A stretch of DNA of 64,000 bases from an uncultured Lentisphaeria bacterium (GTDB lineage: Bacteria > Fidelibacterota > UBA8477 > JABMPR01): contig CAZDVD010000007.1 in the NCBI GenBank assembly GCA_964508765.1, positions 13,262 through 77,261 on the forward strand. Direction: 5' to 3'. Numbering within the stretch: the stretch's first letter is position 1; every line of letters starts with the position of its first letter. Below are positions 41,501 through 51,900 of this stretch, piece by piece. The position numbers and the translations under genes were made by a program. Under the pieces are notes generated by a model. That model made no database searches, had not been told where the DNA came from, and worked only from the letters and a program-made list of their open reading frames with translations.

Positions 41501-42528
41501 AAAAATTTCAAGTAGGCATCATTGAGCATGGTGTAGCGACCCTCTTGATCCTTGGCATACATTGGGGTTGGCGTGGCATCAAAAAGGGCTGTGATCTGGT
41601 TTTTCTGATCAAGGAGCAATTCATTTGTGACATTCCTTTCAGAGAGATCGCGAACAATACTCACGAGAGTCCCGTCAGAAAGCTTTCTGGAATTCATCTC
41701 GATGGGGAGATGATGACCGTCTTTTGTTCGGAAAATGCGTTCAGCCAATATGGTCAAGCCCGCTTCCATGAGATCGTAACGGAGGGGCTTTTTTATTAAA
41801 ATATCGGGCTCAAACAATTCCGACAAATTCATCTGGAGGAGTTCTTTGTTGGAATATCCAAGTAAACGTGTAGCCGCGACATTCGCTTGAATTATCTGAC
41901 CCTGAAGATCTGCTTTCAGGATGATGTCGGCTGCTTGATCGATCAGTTCACGATGGTTTCTTTCGCTTGCCTCCAGGGCAGCCTCTTTTTGTTTCAGGCT
42001 GTCATGTAGCTGGGCGTGAAAAAGGGCTAGAGAGAGCCTGGCTGACAGAAGGTAAATGATTTCCTGTGTTTCAGGTAAAACACCATCCAGTTGACGAGAA
42101 CCAATATTGAGGGAACCGACAACCTCATCACCAATAACCAAGGGAACACCATAAAAAGACTGAATGCCAGCATCGATCAGGGCGGTTACCACTGAAGTTG
42201 GGTTGGGCAGGCTGGAAATATCGGCTACATATTTTGGCTTTATATTTTGTTGCTGCTTTTGCCCGGATGGGGCTGGAATAGAGTGTTTATCTCCTGATGA
42301 AAGGTGGGGAATAGAGGTGTCTTTTGTAAAAACTTCCAGAGACTGGTTGAAAATGTCATTAAAAGTGATGGAGACACGTTCAAGTGTTAAATGGGCATCG
42401 AAAAAAGACAGGGCTTTATTCGTGACGCTTTTTATTTCTGGCCATGAGATGGCCTGGTCGAAATCCAGGAGCAGGCGAACAGAACGTTGGTTATCAGACA
42501 TAAATATTTTCTCCACAGTAAGGGACAA
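38578..42528 (-). CDS. Multi-sensor histidine kinase with GAF and multiple PAS domains and a HisKA_2-type kinase core
   Basis: 1316 aa with repeated PAS-like segments and GAF. The H-box HRTKNNMQVIVGLLEMQ (HisKA_2) is followed by HATPase motifs (EIVSNALKYAF, GDNGVG). Confidence 0.8.
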   Translation of the reverse strand: MSLTVEKIFMSDNQRSVRLLLDFDQAISWPEIKSVTNKALSFFDAHLTLERVSITFNDIFNQSLEVFTKDTSIPHLSSGDKHSIPAPSGQKQQQNIKPKYVADISSLPNPTSVVTALIDAGIQSFYGVPLVIGDEVVGSLNIGSRQLDGVLPETQEIIYLLSARLSLALFHAQLHDSLKQKEAALEASERNHRELIDQAADIILKADLQGQIIQANVAATRLLGYSNKELLQMNLSELFEPDILIKKPLRYDLMEAGLTILAERIFRTKDGHHLPIEMNSRKLSDGTLVSIVRDLSERNVTNELLLDQKNQITALFDATPTPMYAKDQEGRYTMLNDAYLKFFGKTREEMLGKTVTEVWNSKTSKQVAREDEKLLQSNDRQYYASEYLHASGEIRQVLIRKARYLDAQGEPAGFVGTLMDYSDLKAAEDRYETLFNNSPDPIVVHDGKVVLAANQAAIRFFKADNPDKYLNISLSEFIHPSSIEDSRLRINELLTSNVQNELMKQKFIIATGEVRDVEVMAVPIKHQDEVVIMTSFRDVTSELMTREALLNSEERYRRAFKYSPTAMVLHDKGVLLDANQAALDFAGAKTLDEVLGMDLFRLVHPDFREAVFEGLEHLLETGTPIEGVREHKYLTLLGEERWVEGSGVPVKQADKTLILLSFNDIHDRVTAREQLEKSQQQLEVITGHLTSYLFLLDLDLSVLYVNQATAKLMGTDSTNLIGPPLKKIIPSKELALGSKYLPKLLKGEVCNFSHHYISSRLGEMDFIITMIPVRGDDGQTLAILVQMDNVSEIESARKEIAENKELLELIVDTIPGLFSYTDMNEKYLYVNETYANWYGYKKSDVIGKSFAQIIPPDIYQEMKPYLAKIPAGEQLSYMQTLRGPDGRDHILDIRNLPHFDKNNKPKAFLTSLQDVTEKKEEEVFRDSLRRLARNLTVSLEPREVGIIAASLLHNLFGYDAFALYKIDLDKNLAVGLFLQDTFAGEDKPIEVETEAIALDIKNEATTLVLPTPVLFNRKEFEAKYSISPFGDNSRHSQSLVFVPIFWEGVQIGLFTLQSYTPEKFEEDDLPKLKIFANQIGGALVRAQADELIQKQTSELKDRELQLQASVQEKEVLLKEVYHRTKNNMQVIVGLLEMQGMKTKNTETQAVVDEMTNRIYSMGMVHDLLYRSRNLAEIMLDTYLEKLVDRLVLAYKTTLGEIILDCQSATIPVNIQTAIPLGLVINEIVSNALKYAFPDQRDGKILIRTQPYGEGGLTIEIGDNGVGMPESVDLSTFETLGMQIIHDIVDLQLFGELETSTREGVKYFITIPNLKLD

Positions 42529-42658
42529 ATTTCACTCTGGGGCTGAATTAATGCAAACCAATAAGCACAGTATTGTCAGGAATGGGAGATGCTTGTTTAA
42601 GCTTGAATAAGAGCATTTTCGTCCTTAATTGGGTGAGAATTTTAAGAAGAGGGAAAAT

Positions 42659-43504
42659 ATGAAAACATTACTGAAAGCAACACTCACACTCACTGTTATA
42701 CTGGCCAGCCTGGTTATGGCCCAAGAAGAAGCTCCTGCTACCTGGGAAAAGTCTGTTCTTGGGGGTCTAAACCTGACCCAAACCGGTTTTGATAACTGGA
42801 CAGCAGGCGGGGAAAATGCATATGCCTGGCAAATGAACCTGAATTATAAATTTATTCAGGACCTGCAGAAGACCAAATGGTCCAATACGGGAAAATTCCT
42901 TTACGGCGCCACCAAAACAGGTGATGCTGACATGCGTAAGTCTGCAGATGAAATCAAGCTGGAAAGTGTTCTGACTTATAAGTTGGGATCTAAGATCAAT
43001 CCATTTATCGCAGTAACGGGCGAAACTCAATTCGCTGCTGGCATGGATTACAGTACGGATTCTTCGTTTCAGATTTCGGCCTTTCTTGATCCAGGTTATT
43101 TCAGAGAGAGTTTTGGAGCTGGTTATGATATCAGCGAAGGGTTGGCTACGCGTCTGGGCTTATCATTTAAACAGACCGTGACGACTGACTATACATCACC
43201 CTATACTGATGATCCAGCTACCACCAAGATTGAAACCATGAAAAGCGAGTTTGGTGCAGAGTCTGTTACGGATCTCACTTACAATATTTCAGAGACAGCA
43301 GTGTATGTTTCCAAGCTGGAATTGTTTTCTGCTTTTTCTGCCTTCGATGAAATTGATGCAAACTGGGACAACACAATTACAGTAAAAGTATCTGATTACA
43401 TCAATATGAATGTGAACTTCAAGATGGTGTATGACAAAGATATTTCTGTGAAACGGCAGATAAAACAATCCATGGCATTTGGTTTAAACTACACCTTTAT
43501 ATAA
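42659..43504 (+). CDS. Outer-membrane beta-barrel protein (DUF3078-like)
   Basis: Signal peptide, alternating beta-strand pattern, aromatic C-terminus (YTFI). The start is probably MKTLL at 42659. Confidence 0.5.
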   Translation: MKTLLKATLTLTVILASLVMAQEEAPATWEKSVLGGLNLTQTGFDNWTAGGENAYAWQMNLNYKFIQDLQKTKWSNTGKFLYGATKTGDADMRKSADEIKLESVLTYKLGSKINPFIAVTGETQFAAGMDYSTDSSFQISAFLDPGYFRESFGAGYDISEGLATRLGLSFKQTVTTDYTSPYTDDPATTKIETMKSEFGAESVTDLTYNISETAVYVSKLELFSAFSAFDEIDANWDNTITVKVSDYINMNVNFKMVYDKDISVKRQIKQSMAFGLNYTFI

Positions 43505-43525
43505 AACCAAAATACATTTTAAGAA

Positions 43526-43556
43526 AAGCCCGCCTTTATGGTGGGCTTTTTTATTT
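43526..43556 (+). terminator. Rho-independent terminator
   Basis: AAAGCCCGCC-TTTAT-GGTGGGCTTT followed by a T-run. Confidence 0.6.
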
Positions 43557-43811
43557 GCATCTCAGAGAGTTTTCGATTAACATAGCTTCGTCGAGAGGCA
43601 ACCATCTTCAAACAAACTATCCGAAGAACATCAGAGTTGTGTAGCTACAAACCAGTTGTTGGTTTATGGTAAATTGTTCCACCGTGTGGACCAAGGAGCC
43701 TCTTTATACAAAACAAGACTCCATCAATCAAAATGGGGTAAACAATCAAAAAGCGAACAGGGTAGAGTTTTATCGTAAAGAATAAACTCACCCAAAAAGA
43801 AAGGGACGATT

Positions 43812-44045
43812 ATGAATCGTTTTAGAAGTATCCTTTTAAGTGGGCTGGTGGCGCTTTTGATGGTAGGAATGGTAAGTGCAGCTGAGGATCAAGGAGTCAT
43901 TGCAGAAAATGATGAAATTGATTCGTTCATAGGTGTATATATGGGTGGCTGGGCCGGCGATGTTTGTGTTGATGAGTTAGAGGGGGGCTGTGTCAAAATC
44001 TGGATCAGTTTTGATTTAGAGTGGATCAAGAGACTGTTGTTCTAA
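43812..44045 (+). CDS. Small secreted protein (77 aa) with Sec signal peptide and a CVDELEGGC motif
   Basis: N-terminal signal MNRFRSILLSGLVALLMVGMVSA. The mature 50-aa acidic peptide has two Cys and an amphipathic C-terminus. Confidence 0.4.
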   Translation: MNRFRSILLSGLVALLMVGMVSAAEDQGVIAENDEIDSFIGVYMGGWAGDVCVDELEGGCVKIWISFDLEWIKRLLF

Positions 44046-44055
44046 ATAATAGGAG

Positions 44056-44081
44056 GCGGGGTGGCATTCATGTCACCCCGC
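44056..44081 (+). other. Strong GC stem-loop (GCGGGGTG ... CACCCCGC) between the small peptide gene and the next ORF
   Basis: Perfect 8-bp GC-rich stem with a 10-nt loop and no U-tract. It looks like a processing or stability or attenuator hairpin. Confidence 0.4.
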
Positions 44082-44094
44082 TGAAAAGCGAATA

Positions 44095-45255
44095 ATGAAA
44101 AGTTTAATTGTTGTTTTCCTGGTAACATGCTCACTTTATGGAAAGATAGAAATAATTGAGTTGTCAGAAGAATTAAGTGAAAGCGTTATTAACAAGCGGT
44201 GGACAAGCATGGCGAGTGGCGGTTTATACCTAGACAGCTTGTCGTTATACATTTCAGATAAAAATATGATTTACATTCAATCACGAGACAGGCATAGCGG
44301 GGTTAAAGTTTTAAATGTTTCAATGAATGGATCCGAAGCATTTAAAGTGATCAGAATATTGCCGACGAGGAAAAGTTTTTATTTGACTCTCTTCATGGGC
44401 AACGGAAGGCTTTATCTCTCCCATGTAGCAAGGGACGGTCTAACCACAAAGCGGGTGATTGAAAAACATGGTTATGCAGGAAAAATGACCTGGTTTAATG
44501 AGCGAGTTTATGTTGGTGGATTGTATTGGCCGGAATATGCTCGATACTTAGATAAATTTAAAGCTCAAAGGGGAAACAAAATTTCAGAAATGAATCGTCG
44601 AAATTACGAGGAGTTATTTCAAACAAAAAGGGGCTTTACGCTAACAGTATATGACAATGCTCTAACGGGGGTTGATTCTGTTAACGAGCTCTCCAGGACA
44701 GGCGAGGATGCACACGGATTTATGTTATTGTATGTGCCGCAACCATACGACATAACCACTAAAGGTGACATCTTTCTCATAGATAATGAAAAAGGCTATG
44801 TTGTAGAGAAGTATCGCACAAATCAAGGAGTGGTCTCTGAATTCAAAATTGAAAACCAAAATTATATAGTGTTGCCTGAAATACTCACGAATACTAGCGC
44901 GAAGCAATTGAAGGTATCTGATAAAGGCTATTCTGTCGCTTATGGGTTATATGAGAAAAATGATTTTATTTTGAGCTGCTTTTATCAGTCTTCTCCTCCG
45001 CCGAGCATGCCAGAACCACCTTTCTATTATGATGTAAGCACAAAAACGGGCGCGCTTGTCAAAACCGGGGTGCTTCCTTATCCTATCGTAGGCGAAGACA
45101 AAAAAGAAAAAGTGTTCTTTTACAAAAAGATAGAAGGCGGTTGGTTTGGGAGCGATAGGGTTTTTCTTATCGGGATGACTATATCAGATATCATTGACGG
45201 GAAAGCCACAACAGCCAACATAGATGCCGCAGTGATTAAATACATCAGTGGTTAA
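44095..45255 (+). CDS. Hypothetical secreted protein (386 aa)
   Basis: Signal peptide MKSLIVVFLVTCSLYG. Low-GC ORF, no recognisable family. Confidence 0.5.
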   Translation: MKSLIVVFLVTCSLYGKIEIIELSEELSESVINKRWTSMASGGLYLDSLSLYISDKNMIYIQSRDRHSGVKVLNVSMNGSEAFKVIRILPTRKSFYLTLFMGNGRLYLSHVARDGLTTKRVIEKHGYAGKMTWFNERVYVGGLYWPEYARYLDKFKAQRGNKISEMNRRNYEELFQTKRGFTLTVYDNALTGVDSVNELSRTGEDAHGFMLLYVPQPYDITTKGDIFLIDNEKGYVVEKYRTNQGVVSEFKIENQNYIVLPEILTNTSAKQLKVSDKGYSVAYGLYEKNDFILSCFYQSSPPPSMPEPPFYYDVSTKTGALVKTGVLPYPIVGEDKKEKVFFYKKIEGGWFGSDRVFLIGMTISDIIDGKATTANIDAAVIKYISG

Positions 45256-45715
45256 GGGGAAACGAGAAATGTTGTCCTTAACGCTCAAGCATAGAGTAGT
45301 CTGGATATTACGCTTGTCAATTTCTGTTATCTTTCTGTTGCTAGGGACTGTTAAAACCGTTGTTCTTCTTAAATTCGGTTTAGAGCCCTATAGAGAAATT
45401 GTTTTTGCTGCTGGTTTGCCTGGAATAGTTAAATATTATGGATTGGTTGCAGTTCTGGTCGAGTTTTATTTGGCCGTCGGTCTCTGGACAAGTAGACATT
45501 ATTATTCGGCGATCATTCTGACGTTGATAATGACTGTTGCAGGATCAATAATTAATATCGCCTTGCTTATTTTTAAAATTAACTCTGAATGTGGCTGTGG
45601 ATTATTGGGAGACAATGAAGGCTGGCTGCTTGTGCAAAAGGGTGTCATTGCTATAGCCCTGGTTTTCCTGTACAAAAAGAAGTCAATCTTCTTTAAGCGG
45701 CCAATGCACTTATAA
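45248..45715 (+). CDS. MauE/DoxX-like small membrane protein with a CGCG motif
   Basis: Four TM helices and a conserved-looking NSECGCGLLG motif reminiscent of the MauE (methylamine utilisation) / DoxX family. Confidence 0.4.
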   Translation: MVKGKREMLSLTLKHRVVWILRLSISVIFLLLGTVKTVVLLKFGLEPYREIVFAAGLPGIVKYYGLVAVLVEFYLAVGLWTSRHYYSAIILTLIMTVAGSIINIALLIFKINSECGCGLLGDNEGWLLVQKGVIAIALVFLYKKKSIFFKRPMHL

Positions 45716-45862
45716 ACAGTTAATATTCACATAATAACATGCGGTATTATAGTGTTTCGTTCGATGCCTGGGTTAGCCGGCAACAGGAAAAGCTGCTGAC
45801 AAGCGGCCGAAAGAGTACCTGGGTGGGACAGTGATGAATCAAGCCCTAATGATATGAACCTT

Positions 45863-48832
45863 CTAATCCAGGGTGATCAGCTTTTCGAATAGTTTTTCAT
45901 TCTGTTTTAATTTGTCTTCATTACCGTACACACATATTGGACTATTTCCTAAAATATCGGATACCATTCTCTCATAAGACTTCACATCTTCAAGAGATGT
46001 AGATAAAACTGCGGCTCTTTCAGCCTGTAGCTTCTCATGCGTTAATTTAGTGAAGTAACGAGCCACAGCAGTATTGCCTCGTTGTGATGGAGTTTGGGGT
46101 CGATCCATGCCAGAAATGGTTCCAATGATAAAACGTGTCATTTCATTTTGGTCCACATCAAGTGTCTCTAAAAAGCCAGGTGTATTGGCATAGTTCTCCA
46201 GCGTGCTGGACAGATTCGGATCACGATATGATCCAAAGTACACTTGACCCGTCGGAGAGAAACGCGCAAAACCGCCATAGGCTCCACCAATTACGCGAAC
46301 CTGATTCTTGAGCCATTCCCGGGATATGATTTGGTTGAGGACACGAATCTTACCGTCCCACTCATAACCAAGATCAGTGAAGTCTGCTCCCTGAAGAACA
46401 TAATTAACCTTTGAGGCTGCCATGAGACCTTCGTTTCTGACTGCTGACTCAAGCTTCCACTCCTGAAATTCAAGCTTTTGTTTTCCAAGACCTTTCGAGA
46501 AACCCTTGAGCTCTTTTCTGAAAACACTCATTGCATCATCAGAACATGTAGTGGAGGCGATCAGATTCTTTTTATTGAAGAGTAAATAAGAAACATTCTT
46601 CAACTCCTTTATTACATCCCCATGCTTACTTTCGAAATTCTCTACCAGGTCACTGATGAACCAATAGTATTCCAGACCACCAGTGAGCTCATTAAGCATG
46701 CCTGCCTTGGTCGTGTATGAAAAAAGGCGCGTCCTGGCATAGCCCAGACCATCCCGTTTCACGTTGGCAGATAAGCGCGAATGATGTCGCGTCAACACGT
46801 CTTCAATGCGCTCGATATCATCAAGTTGAGAATGCCTCAGAATCTCCTCTGAAAAATCAAAAACCTTGGACTGATCTGAGGAGATGGCTTTCGTGGATAG
46901 AACAAACTTTGGGATCAGCTTATCATCATCACGGTTTTCAAGATAGCTTGATAAATACGTGCTAAACCCACCAAGGTGTGTATCCAGGGCATTGTCAAGC
47001 TCACCAAAGGTATAGTTTTCAGTGCTTATAGAACCCAGCAAGGTGGCCAGGAGAGAAGCGTACGGAAGTTGCTCCTCAGTCAAAACACGAAGATCAAAAA
47101 ATAATCTGATGTAACTGATATCATTGGTGAAGGTATCATAATGCAAATAGGGTATACGTGAAACGCGTGATTCATCTGCCACAAACCAGTCAGCATCTGG
47201 ATTAATATCTTCGAGATCCAGGAGGGGGATGGTTGCCAGGGCTTCAGGTGTGTCCTCTGATTTTTGATATTTTACCAGCATGGCGGTATGCTCAACCAGT
47301 TGGGTTACTTCATCAGTCGAAAGGCTTGCTTTATAAGCCGCCAACTCTGCATTGGTACGACTATCATTTTCGCCCTCAAGACCAGGTTGAGGATTTAAAG
47401 TGAAGAGCTGGGCATGGGGGTTGTTGACTATTTGCTGGGTAATAAGGTTTTCTAGATAACCTGCTGGAAGCGCTGCTTTGAATGCTGCAAGTGGCTTTTC
47501 GTATTCCAGGCCACTAAAGGGTTCGTCAGCCCAGAACCAGCTGGTCAGAGCTTTGCGGTTGTAGTAAAGCCCTTTTTGGGGCGTGTTTCCTTCACGGAGA
47601 TTGAATTCCATACGGTTCAAAATTCCAGTCACTGCCTCTTTATCAAGTCCGTCCCTGGCTACTTTCTCCAGGGTTTCGAAAACGATCTGTTTGAATTTTT
47701 CTGCTTCATCAGGGTTGGCATTTTGAACCTGCACGTGCAAAACATTCTGCTTTAAATCATCCACCCAGGCCCCCACATCTTTACCGATTTCGGCTTCCTG
47801 GAGAGCCAGGCGGACTGGGGCAGATTCATTGTTGAAAAGCGCTTGCGTTAAGACCCTTAAACCCAGACTAAGCTGTTGATCTGTACTCAGACCAATGACG
47901 AAAGAAAGTGAGAGATAAGTGTTACCCTCCAGTTCAGAATCTTCTGTAGCGGAATAGACGCCACTCCCTGTTCGCATTGCTTCAAAGGCTTGCTGTAACG
48001 GAATATCAATAACTTGATCAGATTTCGTATAGTTGGAGAGGTAATGCTCATCGATAAAGGCCAGCTCTGACTTAGTATCACCATCACCATACAGAAAAAT
48101 ATATGAATTGGAAGGATGATAATATTTACGGTGAAAATTTATAAAGTCGTCATAGGTCAACGTGGGGATTGAATCAGGATACCCGCCTGACGAAAACCGG
48201 TAGGGTGTATCTGGAAAAAGCTGTTGGTCTACGAGGTAACCCAGTTCCCGGGTTGGGCTTGAAAAGGCGCCCTTCATCTCATTATATACCACACCCTTAT
48301 AAGTCATGTTCGAATCGGCATGTTCAAGATCGTGGTGCCAGCCCTCCTGTTCCAGAATACGGGAATCTTCATAAATAAGGGGATTGAACACGGCATCGAG
48401 ATAGATATGCATGAGGGAGCGGAAATCTTTATCATTCATACTGGATACAGGATAGAGTGTAATATCGCTGCCCGTCATGGCGTTGAGAAACGTGTTTAGA
48501 GAACCCTTGGACAAAATATCAAAAGGACTCTTTACAGGAAAATTTTTGGAGCCATTTAGAACAGAGTGTTCCATAATATGGGGCGTTCCAGCATCTGACT
48601 CAGTAACGGTTTTAAAGGTTATGCAGAAGGTCTTGTTCAAATCATCATTTGAAATTTTTAGCAAACGAGCACCTGAACGCTCGTGTTGAAACAACAGGCA
48701 TTCTGCATCAACTTCTTTCACGAAGCGTTTTTCAATAAGCTTAAAACCTGACATGTTGTCTCCTGTGTGTGTTTGAGCCACTAGGGAAATACCTATCAAT
48801 GTTACAATGAGCAAAGTAATGATTCTGGGCAT
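45863..48832 (-). CDS. M16C family zinc metalloprotease (insulinase/PreP-like, about 990 aa)
   Basis: Inverted zinc motif HIMEH (GTPHIMEHSVLNGS) and length typical of M16C. The start is probably MPRIITLL (signal peptide) at 48832. Confidence 0.8.
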   Translation of the reverse strand: MPRIITLLIVTLIGISLVAQTHTGDNMSGFKLIEKRFVKEVDAECLLFQHERSGARLLKISNDDLNKTFCITFKTVTESDAGTPHIMEHSVLNGSKNFPVKSPFDILSKGSLNTFLNAMTGSDITLYPVSSMNDKDFRSLMHIYLDAVFNPLIYEDSRILEQEGWHHDLEHADSNMTYKGVVYNEMKGAFSSPTRELGYLVDQQLFPDTPYRFSSGGYPDSIPTLTYDDFINFHRKYYHPSNSYIFLYGDGDTKSELAFIDEHYLSNYTKSDQVIDIPLQQAFEAMRTGSGVYSATEDSELEGNTYLSLSFVIGLSTDQQLSLGLRVLTQALFNNESAPVRLALQEAEIGKDVGAWVDDLKQNVLHVQVQNANPDEAEKFKQIVFETLEKVARDGLDKEAVTGILNRMEFNLREGNTPQKGLYYNRKALTSWFWADEPFSGLEYEKPLAAFKAALPAGYLENLITQQIVNNPHAQLFTLNPQPGLEGENDSRTNAELAAYKASLSTDEVTQLVEHTAMLVKYQKSEDTPEALATIPLLDLEDINPDADWFVADESRVSRIPYLHYDTFTNDISYIRLFFDLRVLTEEQLPYASLLATLLGSISTENYTFGELDNALDTHLGGFSTYLSSYLENRDDDKLIPKFVLSTKAISSDQSKVFDFSEEILRHSQLDDIERIEDVLTRHHSRLSANVKRDGLGYARTRLFSYTTKAGMLNELTGGLEYYWFISDLVENFESKHGDVIKELKNVSYLLFNKKNLIASTTCSDDAMSVFRKELKGFSKGLGKQKLEFQEWKLESAVRNEGLMAASKVNYVLQGADFTDLGYEWDGKIRVLNQIISREWLKNQVRVIGGAYGGFARFSPTGQVYFGSYRDPNLSSTLENYANTPGFLETLDVDQNEMTRFIIGTISGMDRPQTPSQRGNTAVARYFTKLTHEKLQAERAAVLSTSLEDVKSYERMVSDILGNSPICVYGNEDKLKQNEKLFEKLITLD

Positions 48833-48902
48833 GTTTATTCCCTTTATGTAATGTGTTGATACTTTCATGCTAGCCCCGGTATGGTGGTGATATCTTGGGT
48901 AG

Positions 48903-51900
48903 CTAATCAACCACAACCCTGAAGCTTAAAGTCTTTTGGTCATTACCGTCAGGGTCAGAAGCCAAATCTGTCGTGAGTTCATACCTGATACCTGTGACGG
49001 GAGCCGTCTGGGATGAATTGTATTCATTAACGGTTTCGTGTTGAAAAGTGATGGTCATTCCTGTACCTGCCGCTGAGTTCTCGACGTAGGTCGTCTGGAC
49101 GGGAATAGCTTCATCAATAACCACACTTTTTGCTATACCTACACCTGAGTTCCAATAATAAACGGTGTATGTCAGAGTGTCCCCCGGAGCGGAAACAGTC
49201 CCCTCCTCCCCATTCACATAAAGTATCATTTCAAGTAAAGGTTCGGGCATGGGAAGTGCGGTTCCGCTAATGCTGAAGGTATAGGGGTTATCATCTTCGT
49301 CATCTGAGGCAATACTTATCGTGGCCGTCCGTACACCCTCACCACTAGGAGTAAATTTGATGGTAAAGTCAGTGGTTCCGCCACCCGCAGAGATCGTCGC
49401 TTGTGGCACAAGGGTGAGCGTAAAATCACTGGCGTGGGCACCAGATACGAAAATATAAGGAGATCCACCTGTCAGCGTAAGGACGGCGCTTCCCGTATTT
49501 TCAATCGTATAGCTAACCCAGCTGGATGAGTCAAGAATAGTATCCTCAAAGATCGTGCTGTCGGCAACGCTAGGTGCTACATCTTCATTGGCGATGGACA
49601 CGCCATTGCCAAGAATATTTAGTTCAGGACTAGCAATACCGGTACCCTGAATGCTGAAATCAAATGGGTTTTCATCATCGTCATCATTAGCAATACTCAA
49701 ACTGGCTGTTCTTAAACCAACAGCTGTGGGATTAAACGTGATCGTAAAGGCGACTGAATCACCAGGTGCCACCGATGATGCGGCGGGTTGGCTGCTAACC
49801 AGGAAATCTCCTGCATGGGTACCGCTAAGGACCACAAGTGGAGTGCCGCTTAGAGTTAACACTCCACTACCGGTATTTTTCAGATAGAAAGTGTTTTCTT
49901 GTGTGGCAGCCAGAATATCCTTACTGTCGAAGTCAGTATTATCAGTACTGATTGGAGCATTATCTCCATCGGCAATGGACTCACCATTTCCAAAGACAGA
50001 TATTTCTGGAGTCGCCAGACCAAGACCCTGAATCGTAAAGGAGTATGGATCTTCATCAAGATCGTTGTTGGCGATTGACACAATCGCTTGTCTTAGACCA
50101 TCCCCATTAGGATCAAAAGTGATAGTAAAAGAGGTAGAGTTGTTTGTAGCAATGGGCGTAGCCGGTACGCTTGTAACGGCAAAGTCAGCAGCATTGTCGC
50201 CTGTGATACTCACATAGGTTGATGGGTTCGACAGAACCAGGTCAGCATTACCCGTGTTGAGGATACTGAAAATCTGAGCCTGACTACCCGTTAGAATATC
50301 TTCTGACCCAAAATCAGTAAAATCAGTCGCAGCAGGAGTATTGTCTCCAGTGACGATCACATTGTCATTACCTTTAACCTCAATCTCTGAAGCAAGCCCG
50401 TTACCCCGAATATCGAAGGTAAATGGATTTTCATCAGAATCCGTGTTGTAAATTGTGACGGTTGCCGCTTTCAATCCTTCAGTATCTGGAATAAAACAGA
50501 TTTCAAAACTGGTGCTGTCATTTGAAGGCACGGTTTCTGAGGGCTCCGTTAAGACATAAAAATCACTGGCATTGGTTCCCGAGAGAGACACCTTTGGGGT
50601 GCCATTCAAGGTCAATGTAGCGCCATTGCCATTATATATCTTGAAGGAATGGATGACTGAGTCGACCTGGGCATCCGTTGAACCAAAATCAGTAAAATCA
50701 GAAGCAGATGGTGTGTTATCACCATCAACAATAAGAACGCCATTCCCTCGAATACTTATTTCAGGCTCAGCTTGTTGATACACACCGACATCAATGCTGG
50801 AGGTAAAAATGTTTGAGCTAATCACCAAGGCATCTGATTCACCAGTAGAGGAGTTAATATCACTGTCTATAAAATCATCAGCACCAGCATCCTGGGTTGT
50901 AAAGACATAACCTGCAGCCAGTCCTGTGAAATAAAGCCGATAGGTTTGAGGCGTGAGTCCTGTGAAGGAGAAATACCCCGCAGCGTCAGTGGTTGTGGTT
51001 GCCACACTGGCACCACCATCGATCTTGATCTCAACATCAATTCCAGGAACACCGCTTTCACCAACGTCTTGTAGACCATCTTCATCAGAATCAAGCCAGA
51101 CAAAATCTCCAATACCAGTGGCTATAAATCCAGCATCTCTAGTATTGTCTGTGGCGCTAATGCCCAGAGAAAAGGTAGCTGTTTTGCCACTGTTGGCAGG
51201 ATCAGCATCACTATCAAGGGCATTATCTCCACCTTGATCCATTTGAGTAAGCGAAAAACCTGTGGGTGGATTTGTAAAGGTGAGGTAATAGTCACCTGAA
51301 GCAAGACCCTCGAAGGCATAGGACCCATCAGACCCACTCAAAACAGAACCGATTGAATTGTCTCCAGAGTCAAACAGAGAAACAGTAATACCAGCCATGG
51401 CATCCTCGCCGGCATCCTGGACTCCATCACCATCGTTATCCAGCCAGACCATATTGCCAATAACACCGTCTGATGGACTGGTGCCATTACCCTGAATATC
51501 GAAAACATAGGGGTTTTCGTCTGGATCGTTATTGGCGATAGAAATCGTGGCCGTTCGGACACCAATACTGGAAGGATCAAATTGAATAACAAACGGTGCA
51601 CTATTTCCCGTGGCTATTGAAGATACAGGGGCCGATGTTACTGAAAAATCTGCTGCGTGCACACCAGAAAAGGATATGCTGTCAATGGTAACTCGCAGGT
51701 CGGTATTACCGCTATTGTTAATAGTATAGGTCACAAACTGCAATCCTGTGGTGATATCCACATCGCCAAAGTTAGTGCTGTCAGATACACCCGGAGAGGC
51801 GTCGCCGTTGGTGATGGTTACACCATTGCCAGAAACACTCATTTCCGGCGTCGTGACCCCGATCCCCTGAATAGCAAAGGTGTAGGGGTCTCTGCCTGCG

